Below are positions 63,235 to 64,000 of a DNA stretch of 64,000 nucleotides, piece after piece. A model generated the notes under the pieces. The model was not told the DNA's origin and searched no databases. It worked only from the letters and a program-made list of their open reading frames with translations. The stretch covers positions 150,102,001-150,166,000 of the forward strand of contig NC_042999.1 in the NCBI RefSeq assembly GCF_006345805.1, in the 5' to 3' direction. How positions within the stretch are numbered: the first letter of the stretch is position 1; every line of letters begins with the position of its first letter. The DNA is from Octopus sinensis. Its lineage: Eukaryota. The translations under genes and the position numbers were made by a program.

Positions 63235-63510
63235 GGCCTAGTGGTTAGAGCCATGGACTCGCGGTTTCAAATCTCAGACCGGACAATGTGTGTGTTTATG
63301 AGCGAAATACCTTAGCTCCATGCGGCTCCTGCAGAAGGTAATGGCACACTTCTGCTGACTCTTTCACCACAACTTTCTCTCACTCTTTCCTCCTGCATCT
63401 AGCAATTCACCTGTGATGGACCAGCATCCTGGCCAGGTGGGGAACCTATACGCCAATGAAACCAGGAAACCGGCCCTTATTAGCCAGACATGGCTCGAGA
63501 AGGAACAAAC
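63233..63510 (+). mobile_element. tRNA-derived SINE (family V-like)
   Basis: TGGCCTAGTGGTTAGAGC head. cctgtgatggaccagcatcctggccaggtgggg resembles the V-SINE central motif (from recall). Confidence 0.6.
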
Positions 63511-63695
63511 ATATATATATATATATGTTTGTTCCTTCTTGAGCCACACACATATATATATATATATATATGTATATGTGTGTGTGTATATATATTTACA
63601 TGCCATTATTTATAGCTTTATATGTGCTTCATGCTCCAGTTACATCAAAGAATTATTTCACATTCCCTTGAAAGTTTATAAATTCTTATGACGTC

Positions 63696-63733
<38 letters not shown>

Positions 63734-64000
63734 ATAGCTAAACTGTACACCCCTCTCTGTAAAAAGTGGTGGATCAACAGTAAGAAGGTCAGAAGGTCAA
63801 GAGTACATGTAGACTATGTTGATAGTAGTGACTGTGCTGATATAGTAACTATATATAGTGATAACTATACGGTGGGTGGATGTTATAACTGGGTGTTGTA
63901 TAGTGCCAGATAGAAACATTCTATTGATGACTTCAGAATATAACAATATCTGTAAGAGTGACAACTGTCATCAAAAGACAGATAGAACAGTGGTAAAAGA

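Overview
AT-rich, repeat-saturated eukaryotic DNA. The SINE families and the very high load of (TA)n, (CA)n, (TAGA)n, (CAT)n and (TAA)n microsatellites suggest a coleoid cephalopod, most likely Octopus (inference from recalled repeat families, not checked). No complete intact protein-coding gene, rRNA, true tRNA or CRISPR array is supported, and almost all listed ORFs are read-throughs of microsatellites or SINEs. Supported content: dozens of copies of about five tRNA-derived SINE families; many 5'-truncated RTE-clade LINE 3' ends plus three RTE coding fragments; a decayed R4/Dong-type RLE retrotransposon 3' end; two different defective mariner transposases; hAT, piggyBac-like and Tc1/mariner MITEs, several with target-site duplications; a 14-copy 175-bp minisatellite; and a frameshifted kyphoscoliosis-peptidase/hillarin-type transglutaminase-like coding segment (49933-50291). 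Most notable observations: (1) a 182-nt tandem unit of tRNA-like head plus a minimal hammerhead-ribozyme fold (retrozyme-like, 21875-22140, minus); (2) the KY/hillarin-like segment, whose nucleophile Cys appears replaced; (3) the frame-rotating 175-bp satellite; (4) two interleaved inverted-repeat pairs at 44.7-46.6 kb plus several smaller hairpins, which could be dsRNA/ADAR substrates if transcribed; (5) several isolated micro-exon candidates on both strands, suggesting the window may be mostly intronic. All coordinates and alignments were done by eye.
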